From: a virus
Taxonomy: Duplodnaviria > Heunggongvirae > Uroviricota > Caudoviricetes
IMG/VR virus record: IMGVR_UViG_2563366820_000002
Coordinates: 1-47,800 of that record
Length of the DNA stretch: 47,800 nt
Strand: one strand, 5' to 3'
Numbering within the stretch: the first letter of the stretch is position 1; every line of letters begins with the position of its first letter. This document shows, one piece after another, positions 26,725-37,823 of this stretch. The position numbers and the translations under genes are program-made. The notes beneath the pieces were generated by a model. The model was given only the letters and a program-made list of their open reading frames with translations. It had not been told where the DNA came from and did not search any database.

Positions 26725-27951
26725 ATGCCATTACGCAAAGTTAAAGGCGACTGGCAATGGGGATATCACGGATTGGCATTCGACAAGGCAACGGTGCGTT
26801 CCTTTGATAAGGATGGGCGTTTGCATATCGAAGTGACGCCAATCAGTAAGGCTAACGTTTGCCCTTATTATGGACGTGAAATCCCTAATTACAGATCGCT
26901 AGGTTTACAGCCTGACAAAGTTTACCACCTGCTTCGCGACCCGAAAGAGTTAGCCAAAGCAGCATCTACATTCAACAACATCCCGCTCCTTAACGAACAC
27001 ATTCCGGTTACTGCTTCAGACCCTCAGAAAATGGCTGTGGTTGGTTCTACTGGTACTGATGCTGAGTTTGACGGGACTTATCTCAAGAACTCGCTTGTCG
27101 TATGGGACGCAGATTCTATCGCTGGAATCGAGACAGACGAGAAGAAAGAACTTTCGTCGGCCTACAGATATGTAGCTGACATGACCCCCGGCGTGCATGA
27201 AGGCCAGCCATACGATGGTGTAATGCGCGATATCGTCGGGAACCACGTTGCTCTCGTAACAGAGGGAAGAGCCGGATCCGACGTTGTTGTCGGGGATTCA
27301 ATACCAACAGGAATGAAATCAATGTCAGAACTTACTAAAAAGTTAATGGCAGTTATCACGCCGATGCTGGCCAGTGATGAGAAGCCAGAAGAAGTGGAAA
27401 AGAAAGTGCAAAAGGTTGTTGAAGACGAAGCCACTCAGGCCGAGAGAGATAATGAGTCAGAAGCAGAGCGTCTGAAACGTGAAGAGGATGAACTAAAAGA
27501 GCGTGAAGAACGTGAGCGAAAGGACCGCGATCGTGACCGCAAAGAAGCGGAAGACGAAGATGATGACGGCAAGGATAAAAAGACTGCCGAGGATGAAGAC
27601 GATGATGAGAATAAAGCAGCTATGGATGCCGCATTGATTCGAAAAGCTGAAGAGAATGTGATGGGGCGTATCCGTCAAGCCAATGAGGCTCGAGAATGCG
27701 TTCGTGCTTTGGTTGGTGATGTGAGTCTGGTCGCCATGGATTCCGCAGAGTCTATTTATCGCTTTGCTCTTGATTCAATCGGTGCCGAACATAAAGGCGT
27801 TCATCCTTCAGCACTTAAATCGATGGTTGAATTTGCTATCAGCCAGAAAGCGGTAGTTCGCAAACCATCTCATGGTATGGGTATGGATGCTGCCGCAACC
27901 AATTCTTTCGCCAAGGCATTTCCTGGCGCAACTAAACTGAAACGGAGCTAA
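26725..27951 (+). CDS. Head scaffolding/maturation-type protein (DUF2213-like) with a highly charged central region
   Basis: 408 aa; central Glu/Asp/Lys/Arg-rich coiled stretch; lies between portal and major capsid genes. Confidence 0.6.
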   Translation: MPLRKVKGDWQWGYHGLAFDKATVRSFDKDGRLHIEVTPISKANVCPYYGREIPNYRSLGLQPDKVYHLLRDPKELAKAASTFNNIPLLNEHIPVTASDPQKMAVVGSTGTDAEFDGTYLKNSLVVWDADSIAGIETDEKKELSSAYRYVADMTPGVHEGQPYDGVMRDIVGNHVALVTEGRAGSDVVVGDSIPTGMKSMSELTKKLMAVITPMLASDEKPEEVEKKVQKVVEDEATQAERDNESEAERLKREEDELKEREERERKDRDRDRKEAEDEDDDGKDKKTAEDEDDDENKAAMDAALIRKAEENVMGRIRQANEARECVRALVGDVSLVAMDSAESIYRFALDSIGAEHKGVHPSALKSMVEFAISQKAVVRKPSHGMGMDAAATNSFAKAFPGATKLKRS

Positions 27952-27954
27952 GAA

Positions 27955-28434
27955 ATGAGTGGCTTTCAAAGTGTAATTAATCAGCAACAGGCGCCAGGAG
28001 TTGAAGGGGATTTCGCTTCGGCTAACCCTAAAGCAAGTCTTCTTGCAGGTGAGGGAGCTCTTGTTGCCGGTGCAAATGGGGTTGTTGTTGGTCGCTTTGC
28101 ATGGGTAAGCAATGGTGTTGTCAATAACACTGGAACCGGTGCTCCTGCCGGTTTCGTTCATCGGGAAGGGCAGGCGTCTGTCACCACATGGCTTGGTGAA
28201 TCATCTATGACTATTCAGCCTGGAGTTCAGATGACATTGATGACTGCTGGTGACTACTGGGTGAAAACGGCCGGTGCGGCAACCGTAGGGCAGAAGATTT
28301 TCGCCAAACTGTCAGATGGAACCATTACCGCTGGCGATGCCGGGGCGTCAATCTCGGATTACGTTGAAACAAAATTTGTTGTTGGCAGTGCTGGCGAGGC
28401 TGGCGAATTGATTCAGATGGGCACCTGGAGCTAA
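27955..28434 (+). CDS. Virion structural protein, 159 aa (possible head decoration protein)
   Basis: Gly/Ala/Val-rich; immediately upstream of the major capsid gene. Confidence 0.5.
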   Translation: MSGFQSVINQQQAPGVEGDFASANPKASLLAGEGALVAGANGVVVGRFAWVSNGVVNNTGTGAPAGFVHREGQASVTTWLGESSMTIQPGVQMTLMTAGDYWVKTAGAATVGQKIFAKLSDGTITAGDAGASISDYVETKFVVGSAGEAGELIQMGTWS

Positions 28435-28437
28435 TAC

Positions 28438-29478
28438 ATGAATAACGCAGAATTTTTACAACATAAAGCTATGGCTGAGCGAGATTACGGTGTAATCCTT
28501 CCGGAAGCCAAAGCCTATCTGACGGATGCTGTTGCTAATAGCTATTCCTATGCAATGGACTCTCAGCCTTCACTGGTAACAACCAGCAACTCTGGCATTC
28601 CATGGTACTTCACTAATTACGTTGACCCGGAACTGATTCGCATCCTTGTCACTCCGATGAAAGCGGTGGAAATTCTGGGGGAAACGAAGAAGGGAGACTG
28701 GACCACCATGACCGCACAATTCCCGGTTGTGGAATCAACGGGTCAGGTTTCCAGTTATGGTGACTACAACAATAATGGGCAGGTAAATGCTAACGTCAAC
28801 TGGGTTGCTCGTGAGTCCTATCTGTACCAGACCATTACTCAGTGGGGTGAGCTGGAACTTGACCGTTACGGTGAAGGCCGCATTGCATGGGCTCAACAAC
28901 TGAATACGGCTTCTGCGCTGACCCTGAATAAGTTTCAGAACAAGTCCTACTTCTTCGGCGTTGCTGGCCTGAAGAACTACGGCATTCTGAATGACCCTAA
29001 CCTTCCGGCATCAATCACCCCGGGCGCAACGGGTACTGGCAGCGGAACTACCTGGGCAACCAAAGATGGTCAGGCGGTGTATGACGATATCCAGGCGCTT
29101 TACATGCAGTTAGTGAAGCAGACCAAGGGGTACGTTGAGCGAGACAGCAAGATGACGCTGACGATGAGTCCAGAGTCAGAAGCAAATCTGACCAAGACCA
29201 ACATGTACAACGTCAACGTGTCTGATCAGCTGAAGAAAAACTTCCCGAACCTGCGTGTTGTCACTGCTGTTGAGTACAAAACCGAATCCGGCGAACTGGT
29301 TCAGTTGATTGCCGACGATCTGGATGGTCAGGACACCGGCTACTGCGCATTTACCGAAAAAATGCGTGCACATCCGGTTGTGGTTGATCTGTCCGCGTAT
29401 AAACAAAAGAAAACAGGCGGCACCTGGGGCGCAATCATTCGCCAGCCGCTAGCATTTGCAAGCATGTTGGGGGTTTAA
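28438..29478 (+). CDS. Major capsid protein
   Basis: 346 aa, position and size in the head module. Confidence 0.7.
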   Translation: MNNAEFLQHKAMAERDYGVILPEAKAYLTDAVANSYSYAMDSQPSLVTTSNSGIPWYFTNYVDPELIRILVTPMKAVEILGETKKGDWTTMTAQFPVVESTGQVSSYGDYNNNGQVNANVNWVARESYLYQTITQWGELELDRYGEGRIAWAQQLNTASALTLNKFQNKSYFFGVAGLKNYGILNDPNLPASITPGATGTGSGTTWATKDGQAVYDDIQALYMQLVKQTKGYVERDSKMTLTMSPESEANLTKTNMYNVNVSDQLKKNFPNLRVVTAVEYKTESGELVQLIADDLDGQDTGYCAFTEKMRAHPVVVDLSAYKQKKTGGTWGAIIRQPLAFASMLGV

Positions 29479-29481
29479 TTC

Positions 29482-29829
29482 ATGGCAGAAATGGTAAGCG
29501 TTGGCTGCAAATTGCCAAATGGCCTTCAGGTCACTCTGGATGGAAAAACGGTAATTCTTAACGGGGCGGCAACAACTGCCCTCCGTGGTCTTGATGGTGC
29601 AATTCCTGAGGGGGCTTTCGGAGTTACCATGGTCGAGAAAGACTTCATGGATAAGTTCATCGAGACCTATAAGGATGCCGCGTATATTCAGAACAATGCA
29701 ATCTTCATTCAGAAAGATATTCGCAGTCTGAATGCGCAGGGTAAAGATCTGAAAGAATCAAAAACTGGCCTCGAAGGTCTTGACCCGGAAAATCCGGCTC
29801 CGGGCGTAAAAAAGGCTGACGAAAAATAG
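29482..29829 (+). CDS. Head-associated hypothetical protein, 115 aa
   Basis: ATG with coupling to the capsid gene. Confidence 0.55.
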   Translation: MAEMVSVGCKLPNGLQVTLDGKTVILNGAATTALRGLDGAIPEGAFGVTMVEKDFMDKFIETYKDAAYIQNNAIFIQKDIRSLNAQGKDLKESKTGLEGLDPENPAPGVKKADEK

Positions 29830-29841
29830 CGGGAGCAGCAA

Positions 29842-30273
29842 ATGGGCGTCGTAATATTTGACCCCTCCGCATTTAAGCTACGCTATCCTGAATTCTCATC
29901 TGTCGACGACGCACTTCTTCAGCAGTATTTCACGCAAGCAACCATTTATCTCGATAACACAGACTCAAGTCGTGTGTCGGATTTGGCTGTACGCTCAATG
30001 CTGCTGAATATGCTGGTTGCCCATATCGCCTGTTTGTATTCAGGAGCGAATGGGCAGTCTCCATCCGGATTGGTTGGAAGAATCGACAGTGCTTCAGAGG
30101 GTTCGGTTAGCGTTCATGCCGATATGCCAGGGGGAACAGCAAATTCAGCATGGTACATGCAAACAAAGTACGGGGCTGATTACTGGAATGCTACGGCGCC
30201 GTTTCGCACCTTCCAGTATATAAGCGGGCATTCTCCATCAAATTACCCGTATGGGTATTACCGGAGGTACTGA
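29842..30273 (+). CDS. Head-tail connector/completion-type protein, 143 aa
   Basis: Position between head and tail genes. Confidence 0.5.
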   Translation: MGVVIFDPSAFKLRYPEFSSVDDALLQQYFTQATIYLDNTDSSRVSDLAVRSMLLNMLVAHIACLYSGANGQSPSGLVGRIDSASEGSVSVHADMPGGTANSAWYMQTKYGADYWNATAPFRTFQYISGHSPSNYPYGYYRRY

Positions 30274-30839
30274 TGGATAAGGTGATGGAGTTCCTTGATT
30301 CAGTTGGTAGTGAGTTGTCCTCAAAGCAATTGAAGGTCGGGTTTCTTGAAGATGCCACCTATCCGGATGGTACTTCTATGCCAATGGTTGCAGCATCTAA
30401 CGAATTTGGTAACCCGGCAAGTGGAAGTCCGCCAAGGCCATTCTTCAGGAATGCTATAGCTTCTAAATCTGAAGAGTGGTCAGAAAAGGTCGAAAAGCTC
30501 ATGAAATCGCATGACGGAGATACGGATACTGTTCTGAATCTTATCGGCGAGATCATAAAAGCAGACATTCAGGAATCCATTCGAACTATTCAAGAGCCGC
30601 CATTAAGCCCGGTAACAGTACTTCTAAGAAGTCGATTCCCTAATAACAGGGCGGAAATGACTAAGTGGGATGTAGTGAAGGCCAGAGAAGATGTTTTTGG
30701 TGGTCCGGGCTATTTCGGTCCGGTGAAAAAGGTTGATGTTGATATGAGCAACAACAAGCCTCTCATATGGACCGAGGACATGTTAAGGGCTGTTGATTAT
30801 GAGGTAGGTGAAATTGAATCTTCGACAGATATCCAATAA
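30273..30839 (+). CDS. Virion structural protein, 188 aa (neck region)
   Basis: ATG overlapping the upstream stop. Confidence 0.5.
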   Translation: MDKVMEFLDSVGSELSSKQLKVGFLEDATYPDGTSMPMVAASNEFGNPASGSPPRPFFRNAIASKSEEWSEKVEKLMKSHDGDTDTVLNLIGEIIKADIQESIRTIQEPPLSPVTVLLRSRFPNNRAEMTKWDVVKAREDVFGGPGYFGPVKKVDVDMSNNKPLIWTEDMLRAVDYEVGEIESSTDIQ

Positions 30840-31185
30840 TGCGATCACAAGCATTAACCCCAACATCCCGGCAATCCTGAAAAAGTATGCAGGTGAAACT
30901 ATCGGCCCCGGTCGCAAGCCGATTCCGTCTTATCTCCCTGACCAGAACGTTACCATTCAACTACAGCCAATCAGTCGCGGCGACATGCAACACGTCGATG
31001 GATTGAATATTCAGGGGCTGGCAAAAGTGATTTACGTCAATGGTAATTACTTCAGTGTGCAGCGAGAACTGGAGCAGGGCGGAGATATCTTCGTGATTAA
31101 CGGGGAGCAATGGCTTGTTGTTGAGCCAATAGAATTGTGGCCTGACTGGTGCCGGCTGATTGCTGTATTGCAGGTAAGCCCATGA
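30808..31185 (+). CDS. Virion structural protein, 125 aa
   Basis: GTG start at 30808; exact start uncertain. Confidence 0.45.
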   Translation: MKLNLRQISNNAITSINPNIPAILKKYAGETIGPGRKPIPSYLPDQNVTIQLQPISRGDMQHVDGLNIQGLAKVIYVNGNYFSVQRELEQGGDIFVINGEQWLVVEPIELWPDWCRLIAVLQVSP

Positions 31186-31697
31186 ATGATTTCACTGTCG
31201 ATAATATTATCGATGTACTTGCTGGCTACATAGAACCTATCGCTGGTAAATGCCTGCAGGCTCAGGCTAACCGTGTACCAATGCCCAAAGATCAGTTCTG
31301 TATCCTGACCCCTTTGCGATTCACCAGACTATCCACTACGAGAGAGCTTAAACAAGATACCGGCTCTCCGGACACAAGCACCATGGGATATACGGAAGTT
31401 CGCCAGGCTGATATTCAGGTAGATATCTATGGTCAGGGGGCAGGGGATAGAGCTATTGCACTGGAAACAACATTCACCAGTGGATATGGCTACGACATCA
31501 TCAAGGCTATTGATGCACGGCTTGCGCCGCTTTACTCATCTCCTGCCATTCAGGCGCCGATGATCAACGCCGAGAGTCAGTGGCAGGAGCGTTACACGTT
31601 AACTCTTTCCCTGCAAGCACACATCACCGTGTCGTTCCAGCAGGACTATTTCGACAAAGCAGAAATTTCAACTGAACAGGTGGATAACCGCCCATGA
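31182..31697 (+). CDS. Virion structural protein, 171 aa
   Basis: ATG at 31182 overlapping the upstream stop (ATGA); track start 31149 is GTG. Confidence 0.5.
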   Translation: MNDFTVDNIIDVLAGYIEPIAGKCLQAQANRVPMPKDQFCILTPLRFTRLSTTRELKQDTGSPDTSTMGYTEVRQADIQVDIYGQGAGDRAIALETTFTSGYGYDIIKAIDARLAPLYSSPAIQAPMINAESQWQERYTLTLSLQAHITVSFQQDYFDKAEISTEQVDNRP

Positions 31698-33184
31698 GCA
31701 CAATCCCTTTATCTGTAGATTTTAATATCACGCCCAATGTCGTTACGCCTGCCGGTTCTGCGGTTGATGCTAACGGCCTGATGTTGACCGATAACGAGCT
31801 TATCCCGGTTGGCGCGGTACAATCTTATTACTCCTCATCTGATGTATCAGCTTTAATGGGGAGTGAATCGAAAGAATTCCTCGCCGCACAACAGTATTTT
31901 AACGGATACGAAAACTCATCCGTTATTCCTGGTGAACTGCTGATGTATCGTATTGTTACTTCACCAGTGGCTGGGTATCTTCTGTCCGGCAACCTGAAAG
32001 GTGTTACCCTGGCAACACTGAAAGCGATTCCAGCAGGAACAATCACCCTTTCCATTGACGGTGAGTCGACTACCAGCACATCAATTGATTTGTCCACAGC
32101 CACAAGTTTTAGTGATATTGCGTCCAAGTTGCAGGTTGGAATTGGTGCAAGCAAGGTGGTGGTTGAATGGTTGCCAATCGCTAACCGATTCATCATTCGC
32201 TCTGCCACTACTGGCGCAGAGAGTGAAGTGTCTTATGCTTCTGCTGGCGCTCTGGCTACCGGGTTGTTACTGACGCAGGATTCCGCAGCGATTGTATCAC
32301 CGGGTTCTGATGCGGTAACGCTGACAGACACGATGAACAACATCATCAACGTCAACCAGAACTGGATCCTGTTTAACTCGCTGGTCGAACTGACCGATGA
32401 CCAGAAAACAGAATTGTGCGCATGGGCAAGCAGCAGTAAAAACCGGTTTGGATATGTTGTTCACGACACCACTTCAGCAGGAACGGTAGCCAATAATGCA
32501 AATTGCTTTGTGCAGAAAGTGGTTGTGGCAAATGGCTACGAGAACATTTTTCCGGTGTACGGAACATACCTGTATAGCGTTACAGCACTGGCATATGCTG
32601 CATCCGTGGATTTTGCACGCACCAATGGGCGTATCTCGTTCAAGTTCCGTGGATTTTCAGGGTTAGCACCCAACGTAAGCGATCTGGCGACCGCTCAGGC
32701 ACTGAAGTCAAACGGTTACAACTTCTACGGCTCATACAGCCTGAACAAAACAATGGCGCAGTACGCATCTGATGGTGCCATTACTGGCAAGTTTGTATGG
32801 CTGGACAGTTTTATTAATCAGGCATGGATTAATGCCAATCTGGTTAGTGCTTTTGCCAACCTGTTCACCAATAATCAGTCTTACCCGTTCAATGAGACAG
32901 GATACGGCGCAGTTTCTGCTGCTGTTATTGATGTTGCTGAACAGGCTCTCAATTTCGGGGCTATTCAGCGTGGCGTGAAACTTGATAATGCGCAAACCAG
33001 AATTGTGAATAACACAGTTGGAAAAGATATCTCATCGACGCTGTATTCACAGGGCTGGTTCCTGTACATCCCGACACAGTCAGGCTCTGCACGCATTGAG
33101 CGCGACCTGAAAGGTGTCATTTTTTATTATGTCGATGGGCAACTTATTCAGTCCATCACAATGTCCTCAACCGCGATTTTATAA
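31694..33184 (+). CDS. Tail sheath-like protein
   Basis: 496 aa, first large gene of the tail module and immediately upstream of a tube-sized gene. Confidence 0.55.
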   Translation: MSTIPLSVDFNITPNVVTPAGSAVDANGLMLTDNELIPVGAVQSYYSSSDVSALMGSESKEFLAAQQYFNGYENSSVIPGELLMYRIVTSPVAGYLLSGNLKGVTLATLKAIPAGTITLSIDGESTTSTSIDLSTATSFSDIASKLQVGIGASKVVVEWLPIANRFIIRSATTGAESEVSYASAGALATGLLLTQDSAAIVSPGSDAVTLTDTMNNIINVNQNWILFNSLVELTDDQKTELCAWASSSKNRFGYVVHDTTSAGTVANNANCFVQKVVVANGYENIFPVYGTYLYSVTALAYAASVDFARTNGRISFKFRGFSGLAPNVSDLATAQALKSNGYNFYGSYSLNKTMAQYASDGAITGKFVWLDSFINQAWINANLVSAFANLFTNNQSYPFNETGYGAVSAAVIDVAEQALNFGAIQRGVKLDNAQTRIVNNTVGKDISSTLYSQGWFLYIPTQSGSARIERDLKGVIFYYVDGQLIQSITMSSTAIL

Positions 33185-33195
33185 GGGAATAAATC

Positions 33196-33630
33196 ATGCC
33201 TATCGATATTACCTCGGCAAACAGTAAGCTGCGAATCGTCGTACCCGCTTACTACCCTGGCGGTTTTGATGTTGACGACTACGCAGCTGATAACATGTTT
33301 GAAACTGGTGCGTTACAGAACAAAGAAGACATGATGTCAGCGGACGGTAAATACCATGCTGGTTTTATCTTTAACCCGACAGAGTTCACCATCAACCTGA
33401 TGCCCACATCCAATGCTGGCTCGCTGATTGATGACTGGTATGCAGCGGAGAGAACCGCAATTTCAGCGTTTCAGTGTAATGCGGTGCTTACAGTTCCGGC
33501 TCTCGGCGCGAAGTGGAATTTTGTGAACGGGGTTCTTTATACATGGACTCCAACCCCTCCGGGTCGGCGCGTACTGCAACCACGCCCGGCAGTATTTCAC
33601 TTTGAGTCTGTAACACGGAGCACTATCTGA
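33196..33630 (+). CDS. Tail tube-like protein
   Basis: 144 aa following the sheath-like gene. Confidence 0.5.
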   Translation: MPIDITSANSKLRIVVPAYYPGGFDVDDYAADNMFETGALQNKEDMMSADGKYHAGFIFNPTEFTINLMPTSNAGSLIDDWYAAERTAISAFQCNAVLTVPALGAKWNFVNGVLYTWTPTPPGRRVLQPRPAVFHFESVTRSTI

Positions 33631-34037
33631 TGGCACGTAAAGAAATCCCCTTTATCGTGGAAGACGATAATCGCGACAATGGGAAGGAGTTCATTATCAC
33701 AGAGATGTCGGCATGGGATGCCGACGAACTGGCACAGGATTTATTCCGCTCCATGGGGGAATCGGGATTCTCTGGCATTCCTGCTGATGTGATTGCCATG
33801 GGGTGTGCTGGCCTTGCCACCCTTGGTCTGAATGTTCTTTCTGCCGCATCGCCGGAAGTCGCCAGAAAACTTCGTGATCGCCTGATGTCAACTGTGCAAA
33901 TTGTGATTACACACGAAGGCAGCAGACAGGTGCGAACCGTGAAGCCTGTCGACTTTGAAGAGGTATCAACCATTCGTCAGGTAATGGATAAGGTATTTAA
34001 AGTTAATTTTGATTTTTTAACGATCGCCGGAGAGTGA
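33630..34037 (+). CDS. Tail assembly chaperone (zero-frame product)
   Basis: Acidic 135-aa protein immediately upstream of the tape measure gene; slippery heptamer near its 3' end. Confidence 0.7.
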   Translation: MARKEIPFIVEDDNRDNGKEFIITEMSAWDADELAQDLFRSMGESGFSGIPADVIAMGCAGLATLGLNVLSAASPEVARKLRDRLMSTVQIVITHEGSRQVRTVKPVDFEEVSTIRQVMDKVFKVNFDFLTIAGE

Positions 34038-34252
34038 AGTACCCGTTCATGGAAGAGGAGACTCTTCCGGCAAAACTCGTTCGCCCCGTAAACGTCACAC
34101 CATCAATGAACGCCATTATCTGTTCAGGAAAAGCCACTTATACCGATTTGCAGGAACGGTTATCTGTTCGTGATATGTATAACCTTCTGGAAATTATCTC
34201 GGTGGAATCATTTAACAAGCGGGTCTGGAATAAACATCAGGAGCAGCGATGA
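34013..34252 (+). other. Programmed -1 frameshift site and extension ORF of the tail assembly chaperone
   Basis: Zero-frame gaT TTT TTA at 34013-34019 is an X_XXY_YYZ slippery site; -1 frame stays open to 34252, overlapping the tape measure start. Confidence 0.65.
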
Positions 34253-36024
34253 TTATCAATGAGTTGGCCTACAAGGTCACAATTAAGGCCGATGAATTCC
34301 TGAATGGAAAACGGAAAGTAAAGCAGGAAGCACAAGACCTTAAAAACGAAATAGAGAGATCTTCATCTGCGATAGAAAGGTCAACAACCTCCTCAATGTC
34401 CAAAACGGCTAAGGAGACCGACAAAGCTGCTGTTGCAATGAAAGGGTTGACTGCTTCATTTAATGGATTTTTGGGGCTTTCGACACGCTTTGTGGCTGTT
34501 GGCGGTGTGTTGACAGCCGTAGCCATTGGCATTCACCGTGCATTTGAAAGTACTTCGGAGTCAATTGTAAGAGCCAGTAATATGGGGAGAATGCTTGGAA
34601 CAAGCGCCAGTAACGTTCTTGGTACTCAGTATGGATTCTCTCGAATTGGTCAGAACGGCGGCGCGTTCCTTGGGGCTCAGATGAGCGCCAGGATGGCGCT
34701 TTCCAATATAGAAGACCCAACAATTTTCGGCGGACTTACACCGGAGGCTCAGAATTTACTAACAACTGGAGCGAGAACAGGCATTGATATTAGTAAGCTT
34801 GGAGGTAAATCTGAAGATGCTCTGGCGGAATTTCAGAAATATGGGAAGAACCATAACGAGAAACAGTTAATGCAAGTGCTTTCTGCTTTTGGTTATGACC
34901 CTAATCTTGCCGGGGATATTAAAAGCGGAAAAGCTGTGCAGATGGTATCTGAGGAAGAGAAACGATGGCAGATGACCAAAGAGCAGGAAGAAGCACAGCG
35001 TAATATTCTTGCTACGACTAAAGCCCTTGACTCGCAATTTGCTCAGGTTAAACAAGAACTAATGGCTACATTTGGCCCTGAAGTGCTTAAAGCAGAACAG
35101 GAGTTTTTAGAGTGGCTGAAAAACAACAAGGGTGACATTGTTGGGTTCTTCAGGAACCTGAGTACAGGTATTGATGGTTTTGTTAAAGCCGTTGGTGGCG
35201 CTGGAAACGCATTGGGCATTCTTGCTGCCATGGCTCTTCTTAGCGGCAAGGGGTTAGGAAGCAAGCTGGGCTTAATCGGTACGATTGGTGTTTTGGGGCA
35301 GATGGTACAAGACCAGTATAAAGATGTTCCTGATGCACAAAGGCCTTGGTTTTTTCAGCAGCACTGGTTCGAAAGATTATTCAATATTGAATATGAAGAT
35401 CCAAATCAGGATATACCAACAAATCCATCAGGAAAAACAAGAGCGGATAGAAACTTCAACCCATTAAATCTTAGAACTAAAGGTAATGCAGGTAGGGATT
35501 CTGGAGGGTTTGCGAAGTACACTGATGATGAGTCAGGATGGGAAGCAGCAAGAAGGCAATTATCTCTGTATTACACAAGAGATAAACTTAACACTATAAA
35601 CGGTATTATTACGAAATGGGCTCCACCTTCAGAAAACGATACCGCCTCATACATAAAGCAAGTTTCTAAGGCAATGGGGGTTGATGCAAATGAAAAACTC
35701 GACCTTTCAGACCCGTCTGTTATGGCTAAATTAAGTTCCTACATGGCACGACATGAAGGTTATTCAAATTGGAAGCGGGGTCTTGATTATGGTAACCCAA
35801 CGAAAAATAGCAATGCCGCGTACTACCAAACCCAGCAAAGATTGGCTAATGGATCTGCAAACCAATCCTATGCCCAGAGCGTTGTTAACAATTACAACAG
35901 CCAGCACATAGGAGAGGTAAAGGTAATTGCCAAAACGGATCAATCCTCAAAACTAACAGAAGGATTTAAGGAGTTGAATCGCAGATCATCAGTAAACCAG
36001 GCATTTTCAAGTGGTGTTAGATAG
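34249..36024 (+). CDS. Tail tape measure protein
   Basis: 591 aa, Gly/Ala-rich with a hydrophobic segment, follows the frameshifted chaperone pair. Confidence 0.7.
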   Translation: MIINELAYKVTIKADEFLNGKRKVKQEAQDLKNEIERSSSAIERSTTSSMSKTAKETDKAAVAMKGLTASFNGFLGLSTRFVAVGGVLTAVAIGIHRAFESTSESIVRASNMGRMLGTSASNVLGTQYGFSRIGQNGGAFLGAQMSARMALSNIEDPTIFGGLTPEAQNLLTTGARTGIDISKLGGKSEDALAEFQKYGKNHNEKQLMQVLSAFGYDPNLAGDIKSGKAVQMVSEEEKRWQMTKEQEEAQRNILATTKALDSQFAQVKQELMATFGPEVLKAEQEFLEWLKNNKGDIVGFFRNLSTGIDGFVKAVGGAGNALGILAAMALLSGKGLGSKLGLIGTIGVLGQMVQDQYKDVPDAQRPWFFQQHWFERLFNIEYEDPNQDIPTNPSGKTRADRNFNPLNLRTKGNAGRDSGGFAKYTDDESGWEAARRQLSLYYTRDKLNTINGIITKWAPPSENDTASYIKQVSKAMGVDANEKLDLSDPSVMAKLSSYMARHEGYSNWKRGLDYGNPTKNSNAAYYQTQQRLANGSANQSYAQSVVNNYNSQHIGEVKVIAKTDQSSKLTEGFKELNRRSSVNQAFSSGVR

Positions 36025-36483
36025 TTAAAAGTTGCGATGGGATGGCGAAGCAATGGCAAAACCTCCAAGTGTTACCATTTCATCTCTAAAAGCCTTATCT
36101 TTAGCTGCTTTTTGTGCACCTGACATGATGTTCTTGTGAAAATAGTCTCTGAACTTGGCCTCTTCCTCGGATACATCTGGAGTAAAACGACCATAGTCAG
36201 ATTCAATCTTATCTAAAATTATGCTTGCAGTATTGGGCTTGAAGATTGAGTATGACAAAAAAACTCGACAATCATTCGCTTGTTCCATGACGAATTTTTT
36301 CATGTCATCAGGGTTAAATCTTCTTGATTCAGAAGCGTATTTTTGAGCCAACCCAATGCAAGCAATCTCAGCTTCCTTGGTGACATGATCTGGTGGAATA
36401 AGTCCTTCTTCTCCATGCGCCGAAGCTAAGAATAGCCAAGAGGAGATAATAGGAATGGCATAACGAATATATGATTTCTTCAT
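36025..36483 (-). CDS. Secreted/periplasmic protein with signal peptide, 152 aa
   Basis: N-terminal MKKSYIRYAIPIISSWLFLASAHG signal-like sequence; co-oriented with the upstream repressor gene. Confidence 0.65.
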   Translation of the reverse strand: MKKSYIRYAIPIISSWLFLASAHGEEGLIPPDHVTKEAEIACIGLAQKYASESRRFNPDDMKKFVMEQANDCRVFLSYSIFKPNTASIILDKIESDYGRFTPDVSEEEAKFRDYFHKNIMSGAQKAAKDKAFRDEMVTLGGFAIASPSHRNF

Positions 36484-36619
36484 ATTATAATCCTTGTGCT
36501 GTTTTTATGATTCTACCCATTAAATGAAGAAAAAACACGCAACACTCAGTTTTGTCCAGGATAGCATGTGACTCAAGGGAGCGCAGCCTACCTGGGTTGG
36601 TTAAGTGATTTCGTGCTTA

Positions 36620-37480
36620 TTACTTGTCTGGTGAGTGTTTATAACGGGCCTGTGAAAGGCTGTAGTTAGCTAACTTCTCAAGGCGCTCAGCAATTTCATC
36701 TAGTCGCTTAAGACGTTCGTCAAAGGGTGTATTCTTGTCAAATTTTGTATTTGACCAAAAATCTTGGCTAACCTTGTGTGCTTCCTCAACCAGTTTCTCT
36801 ACTTCGCTATGCGGCATTGGAGAGATAAGTTTTTCCCTCTTGATTCGAAACTGAGAATGAATAGCCACGCCAACAACCTCGATAAAATCAGGTTGGAACA
36901 TGGGGTATAAAGGGTTAAGTGACTTAAGGTAGATTTGGCGCTGATCCAGTATAAACTGCTTAAATACAGCCTCAGAATTATCATTTAGCACACACATCAC
37001 AAAGTCACCAGAAACAGCCTTTAGCGATGAATCGAAAGTTACGATTGTTCCAGGGGGAAAGCTAATCCCATCACCGGAAGACATGGATTCACCTTGTATT
37101 TCAACGGCAAAACAGTATTCATTGGCTTCAGGAGGGGCTGGAATAAAGTCCTTTATAGCAGCAGTCTTTAGTAAATCATCTAGCGATTCAAATCTTGCCT
37201 GTACGTGTGTTAGCACAGGAATCTCGCGCACAGTAACAGTTCTCTTGACACTGCTAACGTCAGGGCCATCTCCTTTCCCTTGCGTAAGCCATTCAGTGGT
37301 AGTTCCCAATGCAGCTGCAAGGTTTTGAAGTGCCTTTTCTCTTGGTTTAGCTTCCCCACCCTCGTAAGCAGCGATCTGTCTGGGTACCACGCCTACTTTC
37401 TTGGCAAGCTCGGATTGAGTCAAACCGATGGAGTTGCGCGCTATGGCAACTCGTTTAGAAAAAGAATCATCAAAACTCAT
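36620..37480 (-). CDS. LexA/CI-type repressor: HTH-XRE plus S24 autopeptidase domain with a ~70-aa C-terminal extension
   Basis: N-terminal IGLTQSELAKKVGVVPRQIAAYEGG helix-turn-helix; GESM serine motif and FKQF lysine motif; 286 aa. Confidence 0.8.
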   Translation of the reverse strand: MSFDDSFSKRVAIARNSIGLTQSELAKKVGVVPRQIAAYEGGEAKPREKALQNLAAALGTTTEWLTQGKGDGPDVSSVKRTVTVREIPVLTHVQARFESLDDLLKTAAIKDFIPAPPEANEYCFAVEIQGESMSSGDGISFPPGTIVTFDSSLKAVSGDFVMCVLNDNSEAVFKQFILDQRQIYLKSLNPLYPMFQPDFIEVVGVAIHSQFRIKREKLISPMPHSEVEKLVEEAHKVSQDFWSNTKFDKNTPFDERLKRLDEIAERLEKLANYSLSQARYKHSPDK

Positions 37481-37577
37481 ATTTGCACCTTAAAAAATCA
37501 TTGACTCAATATATGTCTGGTACTAACCTAATGTTGAAGATTGAGTAATTGAATAACAAAACTACATGAGGTGAATA

Positions 37578-37751
37578 ATGGAACAGAAGAAAAAAGATAT
37601 CAAGCCTATCTCCTACCGCCCAAGTGCTGAGGTGCGTGAGTTTTTGGAAGGCAACGCAGCTAAAAGCTACCGCTCAATTCAGGGAATGCTTGATTTCTTT
37701 ATGGCAAGAGTGATGGAGATGGAGAGGAAAGGTGAAATTGTCATTCATTAA
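37578..37751 (+). CDS. Small regulator, 57 aa, possible ribbon-helix-helix (Arc/Mnt-like)
   Basis: ATG with GAGGTG RBS, divergent from the repressor; an RHH fold is an inference from the pattern. Confidence 0.5.
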   Translation: MEQKKKDIKPISYRPSAEVREFLEGNAAKSYRSIQGMLDFFMARVMEMERKGEIVIH

Positions 37752-37823
37752 AAACGTTGAAGCCCAACGGTGGCTAGACCGTCTGGGCTTCGGTATCAAC
37801 AAATCGGCTTAGGAAATATTGAC

